From Macrostomum lignano (lineage: Eukaryota), in assembly GCA_002269645.1 (NCBI GenBank), contig NIVC01000135.1, positions 124,001 through 188,000 on the forward strand: a DNA stretch of 64,000 bases, read 5' to 3'. This document shows positions 11,604-22,460 of this stretch, in pieces (within the stretch, counting starts at the first letter, position 1; each line of letters opens with the position of its first letter). The notes beneath the pieces are model-generated. The model was not told the DNA's origin, did no database searches, and saw nothing but the letters and a program-made list of their open reading frames with translations. A program made the position numbers and the translations under genes.

Positions 11604-12599
11604 CTAGTTAAGGGCTATATTCAAGATAATTAAGATAAACATAATATGCGGTAGCGTGCTTACCACACCCGGAACTCTGCTATGCTGCGCGTCGGCCCCG
11701 GCGCTAGCGACGCGTTGAGCTGCACCGTCCATGAAGCGTTCGGCGGCGGCCTTGACATGGTCGGGGACGGGCCGTTCCGGGTCCAGCCCGACCAACTCCG
11801 CAAAGTACATATATACTTGATCGCGGAAATCCTCCGCCGCCTGAACGACATCTTTGCCCAGCTCGATCAGCGCGTCTGCTTCTTCTTCGGTGATGGGTGC
11901 GTACCACATTAGGTTGTCTGCTGCAATGAGTTCGTCGTTTGGCGCCCGTCGCAAATGCTGCTCAGGGCGCGAAAAGAAGTATCTGTAGAAATAATCTGGA
12001 CGCTCATTGAGATTCAAGTTTTGGTACGTTCGCTCGAGTACTTGTTGCAACTGCCTGTCATAGGCTTTCGCCGTAAAGCCGTGAATGAATAGGGCGTATG
12101 GCAAGTTGTCGAAGTAACAGAGCGCTGCTGTGCCATTTTCCGAGCGGACGGTGTACGTTCTAGAGCCCTTTCGGAGTCTATTGACTTTGAGGCGGTGCGT
12201 TGTTGCCAAGCAGGGACAAAGTATTCTCGGATCAACCCGCGGCCGCCTTAACTCCACCCATTCGGCGTGGAATTCGGTGGCCGGGCAGGCAGCGACCTGA
12301 ACTTCGCCCGGCGAAGGTAGGGCTCGCACTTTATACTGATGTCCGGGGCCCTGGAGGACAATGTCTTTCTTAGTAAGATATTGTCGTTTCTTATAGGGCT
12401 TGCGCTGTTGCTTCACTTCTTTTTCGGCGTCCTCCTCTTCTGAGTCACTCTCCCTGGCCTCTTATAAATCCGCGTCGGCCTCCTCTTCGAACGCTTCGTT
12501 CTCCGGATTGGGTTCATAATCGGCATCGAGGTCAACATCATCAGTGACGCGCTCCTTGTCCGATGAATCAGATGATTCCGGAGGTACAACGGGCTTGCG
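11604..12599 (-). CDS. Unknown protein exon (acidic tract plus ~250-aa unrecognised domain), with an in-frame stop at 12462-12464
   Basis: 270-aa ORF 11604-12416 with protein-like composition. A conserved paralog lies at 6270-6861. The TAA at 12462-12464 replaces a sense codon of the paralog. Confidence 0.65.
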
Positions 12600-12654
12600 C
12601 TTTAAAAATAAGACTCGAAACTTAGAAAATAAAAGTAGAAACTGCTGGGCTCAC

Positions 12655-13237
12655 CGAATGTGCTCACCATTCGGACGGCGGTCAGGAAAAATGACGATGC
12701 GAGCATCACCCAGCTCGGGCTGCTCCTTTATTCGCTGCTTTGTAGCTTTCAGGCTCCGCACATATGAATTGCAATCGTGCAGCACGGCCTGCAGCAGGTT
12801 CAGCAGATCCCGATCCAGATGCTCACTGAGCTTCAAGCGATTCTCCAGCTCCTTTTCAGTGTAGTACACCTGCCAGCCATGCGCCACAGCCTGTTCACAA
12901 GCGTACAGAGGCGGAATGTTGTGGAACAGCTCACCACTGAGGATGAAGTTCGGGCAGTAGCCTCTTGTCGGTCTCAGGTTAGCCTTTATCGACGTGAGGT
13001 GCAGCGCAGCGTTGTAACTTCTGATGTTCTCCAGGAAATCGCGGCTTAGAGTGTGGCGCCCAGCAGATGCAGAATGCGCTCATGCAGAACTGCTGGTACG
13101 ATCTTCACGGGTAGCTTGAGCTTGCCGGCTGCACAGCAGAGTCCTGGCGCCTCGCCTTCCCAGCGCAGAGCACTGCATTGTCCACAAGGCAAACACATCC
13201 GGCCCAGCTGATGCGCCTGTGTTCAGGCTTAAATGGC
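12655..13237 (-). pseudogene. Helitron RepHel N-terminal region (Cys motif plus Helitron_like_N-type segment), frameshifted and truncated
   Basis: LGRMCLPCGQCSALRWEGEAPGLCCAAGKLKLP, then (after a 1-nt shift) SRDFLENIRSYNAALHLTS...FILSGELFH...WQVYY...LDRDLLNLLQAVLHDCNSYVRSLK...IVIFPDRRPNGEHIR. This matches the well-known Helitron Rep N-terminal motifs (C..C..L.W..E....CC..GK..LP; FL.NIR.YN; RP.GEH.R). Bounded by AG (13238-13240) and GT (12654). Confidence 0.9.
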
Positions 13238-13490
13238 CTGTTGAAAGTGAAAGCGAGAAATAAGATAAAAATATTAATAAACTAAACAGTAGTTTTCAGA
13301 CAAAAAAACTTTGCTCACAGGGCTTCTTCATCTGAAAAATCTGAAGCGTCAGACGCCATGCTGACATCAGGCAGGAGTGAGCTAACACGCTTAGGAGTCC
13401 GGTTGGCCCAGAAGCTAGTGGTGGAAAAGCGAATGAGAAAATTTATACACTACTGAAACTTGGAGCATAGAAAACTTGAGATCTATACTC

Positions 13491-13700
13491 ACTCGGTGTC
13501 AGAGGAGAACCCGGGTGTAGCTAGCGGCGGGACAATGCGCAGAGTCGTAGTGTTCGGTATGTCGATTGTACAGGAGCCGCACCACGGCCGCAGCTGGCCT
13601 TACATCAGATGGAACCTCTTGAACCAGCTGTAGATGGCCATCGTCAACGTACTGGTAGATGGCATAGTCAAAGTCCAGCAGCTTAGCTGTTAAGGTTGCC
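13491..13700 (-). pseudogene. OTU-like cysteine protease C-terminal half (second copy)
   Basis: LLDFDYAIYQY...VRLLYNRHTEHYDS, with the OTU catalytic-His motif HYDS at 13541-13552. Confidence 0.7.
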
Positions 13701-14149
13701 CTCAGATATATGCGAAGCACAACTCAACTCGGCACGTTATTCCTTTTAAGCCTTTAGTTTAGGCGAAGCTTAGTTTAGCTTTTGATTTCGTCTATAGACT
13801 GTTATAGTTAACACACAGCGCGTATTGAGTTAGCAGCTGTTGGCTGATCTCAGGATTTCGTGGACTATATTGTCCGAAAAATGCAGCTCACCAAACGCCA
13901 TCAGCAGAAAGATCAGGCTCTACAGATGATGTGCTCCTACACCAGGTTGGCTGCGCATTGTGCTGAGACACACTGCCAAGGGTGCGAGATTGATAGATTA
14001 TGCACGGCTTAAGACCTGATATGAAAAAAGTGTGATTTCAACAACGCGAGTAAACTGAATTTCCCCAACTACATTTAAAAGCACGGAGCACAGAGACTTC
14101 CCAATTAAATGAAATAAAGGCAAACTCACATAGGAGAAGTAAAATTCAC

Positions 14150-14500
14150 CACATAGTAGTGCCTGAGGTGGCGGTTGTACAGCAGCCGCACTGTGGATAG
14201 ATAGCATAGTCGACATCAAGCAGCTGGTTCAGCAAGGCCGCAATGAAATCATGGACCTCAACTCTATCTCGCTGTGTGTCATGAAGAACTCCTTCGACTG
14301 TCAGTCTGTCAGCCTGTAGCAGTTCTCGTTGTGCTTCAACAAAGGGCGAGACCGCTCACTAATAAGCTGCCGTAGCTGCTGGGGAGTCAGGTTGCTGTAA
14401 ACTGGAGTTCCAATCAAATGGTGCTGTACAGCATAAAACCAGCAGTTGCCATCACCGGAAATCGAGATGACTTGCGAGGCACTGATGGGCACAGTTCTAG
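14150..14500 (-). pseudogene. OTU-like cysteine protease domain (first copy), frameshifted
   Basis: ISISGDGNCWFYAVQHHL...LRQLI, with the catalytic-Cys motif GDGNC at 14442-14456, followed by LLDVDYAIY...VRLLYNRHLRHYYV. Confidence 0.8.
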
Positions 14501-14619
14501 GCGTAGATGACACGAGACTGCGAGATTTTTATGTGTAAAAAAGGAATATTTGTCCTTGTTAGCATTGTAGTATATTAGCTCGAAGTATAAAATCAAGTAC
14601 TTAGTCTACAAAAAATTCA

Positions 14620-14987
14620 AAACATTCTTACATGTTGTTGCACCTTTCGTAACTAAATACTCTCGGTAGCGCTCCCTTTCAGCTTGCAGTCTGGCATCTC
14701 GCGCAGCGGGTGACTCTTCTGCTCTACGCTGACCTGAGCGCTCCCTTTCAGCTTGCAGTCTGGCATCTCGCGCAGCCGGTGACTTCTGCTCTACGCTGAC
14801 CTGAGCGCTCTCGCTCGGCTTGCAGTCGAGCGTCACAAACTGTCGGAGATTCTGCAGCAAGGCGTCTCTGCTTCCCCTGTCGCCTTTCTTGCAGGCGCTG
14901 CTCCCGAACGTCAGCAGTCTTCTATCTACGGCGCTTTTCTGACTCGCGATTTTTCTGGGCAGCGCTTTTAGCTCGACGGTAAGCCAT
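14620..14987 (-). pseudogene. N-terminal basic/coiled repeats of the Helitron protein (putative ATG at 14987)
   Basis: MAYRRAKSAAQKNRESEKRRR, then repeated ESPAARDARLQAERERSGQRRAE units typical of Helitron protein N-termini. Stops and frameshifts are present. Confidence 0.65.
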
Positions 14988-15231
14988 CAGAGTTAACCGT
15001 AGATTAACGACTTTTGCGATCCACGCAACTTTCGTCAACTCAAGCAATAGATCAATGGAGCCGTTCGAAGGAGCAAACAAAGAAGATGTTGTTAGTCTGC
15101 GGACCCGAGTCATAACTGGCTCCGACTGCGAACAAAAAAATGCTAAAACACTAAAAGCATAGACAAAAACAGGTTTTATCAACTTTAAAGGGACATCGTT
15201 GTAAATATCAACAATCAAATTAGTCAAGCAT

Positions 15232-15572
15232 GATGCTTGCTGTTTTGGGGATGCTTCCTGTATGGGGATTGCTTGCTGTCTGGGGAATGCTTGCTGTCTG
15301 AGGGATGCTTGCTGTCTCCCCCAGCAAGTTTGGTTCTTTGAGTTAGGCTGATAAAGAGGGTTCTAAGGCTGTGAGCTCCTGCTGTAGACCAGAGTATGCC
15401 CCGGCCAGTGACAATATGCACTAAGAGTTTCTGCTTGAAAGGATAAGCACTATTTTCTGAATAAGAAAGGGTTTTGGGTTGATGAAGGAAACTTTTTTAG
15501 CTGATGAAAGTTTTGATTCATGGAAATTTGGTGTCATTTTTAAGGCCCCCCAGCGGGGGGCTAAATGGCTAG
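15232..15572 (+). mobile_element. Helitron 3' fragment (chimeric)
   Basis: Same hairpin GCCCCCC-AGC-GGGGGGC + TAAATGG + CTAG (15569-15572) as the 1-2875 element. It is preceded by gcttgctgtct repeats like those of the 2876-4930 element. Confidence 0.8.
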
Positions 15573-16789
15573 TCGGCCTCGACGCTATGGCAGTTGTGTG
15601 TGAAGCGTGACCTCTCGATAGTAAAATTGTGTCTATTTTCGTCAAAAAACCAATTCAAAACGGCTAGGACACAACTTCCCAGACGGGAATTTATCACTAA
15701 TTGATTCTAGGGATTTGTGTCATAGGCATTTTCCACTTGGCGCAACCCAAATGATGACCATAGACTAAACGTCTGGGACGAAAAGTTAAGCGAAACAGTC
15801 TGAAATTACCATAGACGAAACATGTTAAATGAAGTTGTGGTCTTATAAGCTGGAACTCTGCAGCAGAGGATACATGTTCCTGTTTCTCCTGTTTGCCCTA
15901 ACCTCTATTCATGTCACTCATACGAATGATGAATTGGTCGAACTTGCTGATTGAAAGCATTGTCGGCTTGAATGGAAATGTGGTCAACTTTCTCAGCGAC
16001 TTGAGTATGGGTGGACGTGACGAGGCGAATGACGAAGAGTTGATGGAGTTCATCCGATTCATTGAATGCGGTAACGATGATGCTCTTCCACCACTGCCAA
16101 GCGAAGAAGAGGCTTGCTCCGAGGATCCCATGCGGAACAAACCATGCAATTCGGCCGATGTGAGTGTAACGTCTAAAGACATGAATGAACTGTCGATTTT
16201 AGCTCTACTCATCGGGTATTGCGGAACAATGGGTCCATGATTCATTATGCCTACGTTGCCCTTTTCGTATATGTATACAATCTGTTTATTCAGCTTTGTT
16301 GTATGGAATAAAAATATCCTCGCAAACGCATTGATACAGGAATATACAGATTTCTCATCTGCAAATGAATATCCAAATATAACCCGTTGGGAATATCCAA
16401 AGATGGGGGGCGGCTTGACCATAGACTATTCGCAGATAAGCAATCTGTTGTATTCCTGTTTCGATGACTGAAAGGCGCGCAAAAATTTACTTATTTCACA
16501 AATTCCGTCGACACAATCGTTTGTGGCCCAAACGAAACTAGGCACAATAGGCCAGAGCTTTCTGAATTGTTGGAGTAAAGTAAATTGCGGGTCCAAAAGA
16601 CCCATTTGAACCAGCGAGAAAGCCATTTGAGAATATTCAATGGATATTGGCGGCACGCGTTTCATGAAAGAGCAGCCTAGGAAAGTATGGTGAATCGTGA
16701 CGATTTTGCCAATGAAGTTCGAATCGCTCCTCAAGAGTCGGGTTTTTCACCTTCTTTATGTCCACAAGTTTCAGTGGGCACGAAGAAAG

Positions 16790-17086
16790 TTAGTTTTTAA
16801 CTTCCCAGAAGTGAGGATCGTCCTCAGACATGCGCGAGAGTTCGTACGCTTGGCCACACGGAGGCTGTGCGTTCCTATTTCCGCTTTTCGCCAAAGGTTC
16901 ACCATGGCTTTGCAAGTTTTCATAACGCTTGCGAAAAGCGTCGGCCGTCACGCTTGCCCAGTGGCTTCCTAGCTGGTTAATAAAGCGCTCTCGGACTCCA
17001 CTCCAATTCACGACGGGTTTAGTGCATAGCGCCACCAATCGAAACAAGAGATCATCGAGCTCACTGGTCCACTTGGTGTAGTCCAT
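16790..17086 (-). CDS. Possible Myb/SANT-like small protein or fragment
   Basis: KWTSELDDLLFRLV...VNWSGVRERF...TADAFRKRYENL has the W..E.D..L...V / W..V / R.RY spacing of Myb/SANT-like helices. Pattern recognition only. Confidence 0.4.
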   Translation of the reverse strand: MDYTKWTSELDDLLFRLVALCTKPVVNWSGVRERFINQLGSHWASVTADAFRKRYENLQSHGEPLAKSGNRNAQPPCGQAYELSRMSEDDPHFWEVKN

Positions 17087-17412
17087 TTTATACGATTACT
17101 TGTTTTGTTGCTGCAATATAATTATGGCATTTCACAGTCAGTTTAACCTTAAGAAGTCGGGAAGGTCATTTCGACCACTTACAACTCCCCAGCGCAGTCG
17201 GTTCAAAATATCTATGACCAGCGCACAAATTCTATACCCACCGTTCCAGTCGGCTATGGATCGAACTCGACCAAAAATAGAAGTAAAGCACACAAACTTT
17301 GCAAAGATGGTTCGTATTACCAGTAACAACAATAACAAACCAGCAAACATAGCGGGAAAGTTTCATTCAAATTTCGAAAGCATTCAAAGCTTTCTAGCAC
17401 CTTAGAAGATTA

Positions 17413-18033
17413 CTAGCCATTTAGCCCCCCTCCGGGTGGCTTTTTAGCAGTTTAGCGCTTGTCTTTCCCTTTCTCAATTAGCAAATAGTGCTTATCCTTT
17501 CAAGAAAAAAATCTTAGTGCGTATTGTCATTGGTCTAGTTATATTCTGGTCTGCAGGAGCTCAATACGCCAATCCCTGACGGCCTTAGACCCCTCTTTAT
17601 TAGAATCAAACCTTTAATAAATACGCTGGTATTTCCTTTTAGCAGAAATTAGCATCACTTACGTATACTTTTTCATTATCTGAATTAAATTAGCTACTTA
17701 AGTCGTACTACTTGACTATCTGACAATCGCCCAGAAATCTACCCCCTCCCTCAACAATTCAGCCATCCCCCATGAGACTTGACATCTCAGCAATTTCCCC
17801 AGTAAGCCTTGACATCTCAGCAATTCCCCCAGTAAGCTTTGACATTGCAGCAATTATGCTTGAGCATCAACTTTAAAGGGACATCGTTGTAAATATCAAC
17901 GATCAAATTAGTCATGCATACTCCCGTAAACATTTCCAATAGAATAAAGCAAGTTTGAAAAAAATCGGTTCAGGCATTCAGGCTTCAGACTGAAATACCG
18001 GTCGGATTTAAGAGATTTAGTATATTGTAATGA
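17413..18033 (-). mobile_element. Complete short non-autonomous Helitron (621 bp), same family as 1-2875
   Basis: Minus strand starts TCATTACAATATACTAAATC (18033) and contains GCCTGAATGCCTGAACCGATTTT..CAAACTTG. It ends in a degenerate hairpin + CTAAATGG + CTAG (17416-17413), followed by T. Confidence 0.8.
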
Positions 18034-19332
18034 CTAGCATAATTCGACCCGTTGAATTTTAGAGTTTACACCCGAAGTTAGTACTCTTACAGTTATTTAA
18101 AGTACTCATAATTCTCTAGTATAACTTAGCCGTGCATTAATTCATTACTGTTTTTTAAATACCTTACCATATCTCGATTTCTAAGTTTTAATGCAGTATC
18201 AAAGCATTCTACATCGAAATAACTTGCTTTTATTTGGGATAGTGGTACATATTGTGTAATTTTGGGACGTAATATAAAGCAGGATTAATGTATTATTATA
18301 TATGAGGGTGTTGTCTTCACTGACTACAATATAATGGCGTTGTCCTGACCCTACGTTAAATCTGTATCTTTATATACAAAGTGCAAATGTACACCCTTAT
18401 TTGTAGGCATAATAAATTAATAATAGGAAGACTTTTAATGCGAGTAATTTAAGTTTCTTAATGTCGGCATAACATTTTACCGTTTCAACGCCACACTACT
18501 ATAAGTGCATTAGCTTGTTGTACTATTGTCATGTTGCGCACCATCGAAAGTATATATTATTCCTCTGTAATGGTGTGTTTCATACCAGATTTCATTTCAG
18601 TTTAGCATAGCGCGCGACTGTTTCTTTTTCAGATCCAAAGTTGCTCTTGCTGCCATAGCAACCGAGATGAATTTATTATAACTAACGCACGCTATTACGT
18701 CACTAATGTACCGTCTGGTACCAATGTACCCATTGGTTTTAGCATGCTGAATTTAAACACAATTCTGGAAAGAAACATTCCGCCTACATGTGCTTCTCAT
18801 TCTTTCCTATACTTTTTAAACTGCACTTTTCATTGTCTTTTCTGTTGATCTAAAATGTTTGATTGATATTTATGGACAATACACAGTCCAATGAGAAAAG
18901 GGTTTTCCAAATGTTGAATAAGTCTAACGGGATGAGAGCCTTGACAAAGTAAACGGTATTTAAGAAACGTTTTATATAAAATTATATTTATTTCACCATA
19001 TATCACCACGATACTGCGCTACGGCTTGACAGTAGTTAAGACTAATCGCTTTGCCATAATCTTGAACAGAAGCGCCACGAATCGCTAGAGTTTCGCCTTC
19101 CGTCCAATTCTTCACTTTTGTCGAAGAGCTGGCCCAGAAAACACAGGGCACCGAAGATCCAGAATGATCTACAATCCTGACTTTAGCCAAGTCAATGTGC
19201 TTTCCAGCACTTGTTACGACTTCCTGTGGCTCATCGATTGCACAAATCTTGCCACGAACGTCAACCTTCCTCTATGTGAACGGTGAAAGAATGAGAATTA
19301 GTAGAAATAAAAAACTGAAAAATGCAAGGTTA
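18034..19332 (-). mobile_element. Probable 3' portion of a larger Helitron carrying an RPA70-like exon
   Basis: CTAG (18037-18034) abuts the TC start of the next element. The segment contains an RPA-like exon, but no clear terminal hairpin. Confidence 0.45.
18993..19271 (-). CDS. RPA70 (RPA1)-like OB-fold exon
   Basis: Acceptor ...ttcacatag| at 19272, then RKVDVRGKICAIDEPQEVVTSAGKHIDLAKVRIVDHSGSSVPCVFWASSSTKVKNWTEGETLAIRGASVQDYGKAISL. This follows the RPA70 DBD-B pattern VDV.G....L.D.SG..V...LW....LAIKGARV.DFGG.SLS. Confidence 0.75.
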   Translation of the reverse strand, partial: RKVDVRGKICAIDEPQEVVTSAGKHIDLAKVRIVDHSGSSVPCVFWASSSTKVKNWTEGETLAIRGASVQDYGKAISLNYCQAVAQYRGDIW

Positions 19333-21367
19333 TCTCTACATATAAAAATCAAAACTCTGTGTGTGTGTCTGTGTGTGGACAATTTTGATCGCTATGGACT
19401 CCCAAACCGCTCAACCAAATTACACCAAACTTTACACCCACCCTAAACTTACTACGGAGAATGTCTTAGGCTACCTTTTAATTTCCTAGACTCAAGTCTT
19501 CCTACCTAAAAGTGCAAAAAACTGCTCAAAATGCGCAATTTTTTCACTAAATCCTCCATAGCGCCGCTCCACTTCGACCGATTCTCTTCAAATTTGACAC
19601 AGGCAATTTTCAACTATTTTGTCACAATCGTGTAAAATTTCAAATCTCAAAGTTAATCCTGAAAGCCGCTGTGCACTTTTAAAGTTAGGCTGTTTTTTTC
19701 AGCGTAGCAACCACCCCAACCTCCGCCCGCCTGCCTCTCTTTCCCGATACCGATCTGGGCCCAGATGTGTAAAAGGGTTTCAAAATTGACTAACTTTCAG
19801 CTGCCATAAGTTTGCTCCACGTAAAGCGATTGATTTCTAACTTAACACAATTCTTCTTTGATTCATTCTCTGTCTAAATGTAAAGTCTCAACTCTGTATC
19901 TCAAACAGGACGCAAACTGTAAGCATGTGAAGTTTGTCTGCTTTTTCTGTTGTTTGTGCCACTCACTCACTCCACTCATTCCCCCAGAGCCAGACGAAGG
20001 ATCAGGCGGTAGGACTGAATGTACATAGCAAATGTACAGTGTTTTGGAATAACTTTATTTATAGCCTTCTCTGCACCCCCGCGCGTGGAGAGGCTACGTT
20101 TAGCCATGACAGTTTAGTGAGAAATTCTAACCACTGCCCTCCCCTCTGTATAGGCAAACTCTGCAGCAGTTTAACACTGGATGGCAATTGGCAAATCGAG
20201 GCAATCCAGCATGGTTTGTAAAAGCGAAATATTTATGAAAAGGCGATGCGATGCAATGAAATACAACCCTACTAAATTAGGCACACCATGGGAATTTTAG
20301 GTTTCTTTTAAAGGTACTGTGTAAATATGGCCTCCTAAGAAATGCGTATTTCCTTGGTTGTTAGACTGATGCAGACTGCAGTGGAGCTGAAGATACACAA
20401 ATTCCTTTCAGGGCTGCAAATTGGCAAGAAAGATGACGTGATCAAAGCATGAGAATTACGATGAGAGTAGTACGTCCCACAAACTGGCTTTCGAAGCAGT
20501 GATCGGCAGACTTTTACTTCAAAAGCCAGATAAAGAATCCAGCTTATGTGCGGGCCAGATGAGAGTGGAAAGGAGAAGGAATAGACTATTAGAAGAGAGG
20601 AAAGGCGGGACAGGGATAAGAGAAAACATGGAAGATAAGAGAAGAGACAAGTGGTGAGGAGAGAGCAGAGAAGAAGGGAGGCAGAAGCGAGAGGAGGGGA
20701 GAAAGGAGGGAGAGGAAAGAGTAAAGGTGAGAAGAGGGGAGAGATGAGACAGAGGATCGATGAGAGGAGAGTAGGGAAGAGTGAGAAAAGAGTAGAGATG
20801 AGAGAGCAAAAAGAAGATGACAGAGGGTCAAGAGGAGAGGAGAGAGTAGAAAGGATAGAGAAGAGAGAAGATAAGAGGGGGAGAGAAGAGTGAGAAGAGA
20901 AGAGATAGAGATAATAGAGATAAGAGAGGGATGTAAGAAGAGGGGAGAAAGGAGAGATGAGATTGTAGAGATGAGACAAATGAAAGGAGAGATGAGAGAG
21001 TAAAGATGAGAGATGAAAAAGGTGAGAGGAGAGTGCAGAGAGACGAGAGAAGATAATAGAGGAGAGAGAGTATAGAAGAGGGAAGAGAAAAGAAGAGAGG
21101 AGAAAGGAAGAGAGGAGTCAGAAGAGGTGAAAGAGAAGAGTACAGAGGAGATAAGTGAGAGAACGTATTAGAGAGTAAAGATGACAGATGAGAGAGCAGA
21201 GATGAGGGTGAACAGACGAGAGATGGGAGAGTAGAGAGAACAGAGGAGAGATAAGAGAGAAGAGATTACAGAGACTAGAGGAGAGAGGAGAGACAGGGAG
21301 AGAGAAGAGGAAATAGGAGAATGAAGAGGGGAGAGAGTAGAGAGTAGAAGAGGGATGGGAGAGGAGA

Positions 21368-21444
<77 letters not shown>

Positions 21445-21451
21445 GAGAGAC

Positions 21452-21497
<46 letters not shown>

Positions 21498-22403
21498 GAG
21501 CAGAGAGAAATGAGAAGAGATAAGAGAGAAAAGATAAAAGAAGAGAAAGGAGAGATAAAAACGCAGACAAGAGAGAAGAGAGGTGAGGGAAGAGACGAGT
21601 GACGAGGGGAGAGAGAAGAGATAAAACAAGAAAAGAGATGAGAGGAAAGAGAGAGAGGAAAGAGGTGAGACAAGAGACGAGAGAAGAGGGGAGAGAGGAG
21701 AGAGAGAGGAAAGAGGAGAGAAGAGAGAGGAGAGAGTTAAGAGAAGAGAGAAAAGAATAGAGAGGAGAAGGAAGAGACGAGAGAAGAGGGGGAGAGAGGA
21801 GAGAGAGAAGAAGAGAGAAAACGAAAAAGTAGAGAGGAGAGAGGAGAGGAGAGAGAAAAGAAAAGGGAAGAGATGAGATAAGAGATATGAAAGAGAAGAG
21901 AAATGAGGGAAGATACGAAAGAAGATAGGAGAGAGGAGAGGAGAGAGAAGACGAAAGAGTAGAGAGGAGACAGGAGAGAGGAGAGAAGAGAGAAGAGACA
22001 AGAGATAAGAGAGATGGGGGAAGATATGAGAGAAGAGAGGAGAGAAGAGAGAGGAGAGACTAGGGACGAGAGAGAAGAGAGGAAACAGAAGAGACGATAG
22101 AAATTTTAAAGGATCCAAGGGACATAGGGAGAGTCAGGGAGAGGCCAGAGTTTGCCAATACATGTTTTAGAGTCAGACAGACATTGCCTGACATTCTGTG
22201 AGGTACCCCAGTCCAGTCAACAATATCAATGTTTGCCTCAAATCCTAATTTTACACGAATGTGTCCATTTATGTCTACCTCTATCCTACTAACTATTAAC
22301 AAGTTTTTGTTTGTGTATGACCTTAGATTTCAGAATATACATGCAAAAGTAGTTCCGAGATTGGAATTCCCCGGGTTCAAAATCCGCGGGTTTCAACAGC
22401 TTG
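19333..22403 (+). mobile_element. Helitron-like unit A of tandem train
   Basis: A|TCTCTACATATAAAAATC 5' end, a GA-rich interior, and 3' end CCGCGGGTTTCAACAGCTTG (CTTG variant of CTAG). Homologous to 28235-31260. Confidence 0.75.
21370..21492 (+). repeat. (GA)n microsatellite within a ~1.6-kb purine-rich tract (20560-22140)
   Basis: Directly visible. Confidence 0.97.
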
Positions 22404-22429
22404 TCTCCCTAATACTAAAACTGCTGCGA

Positions 22430-22460
<31 letters not shown>

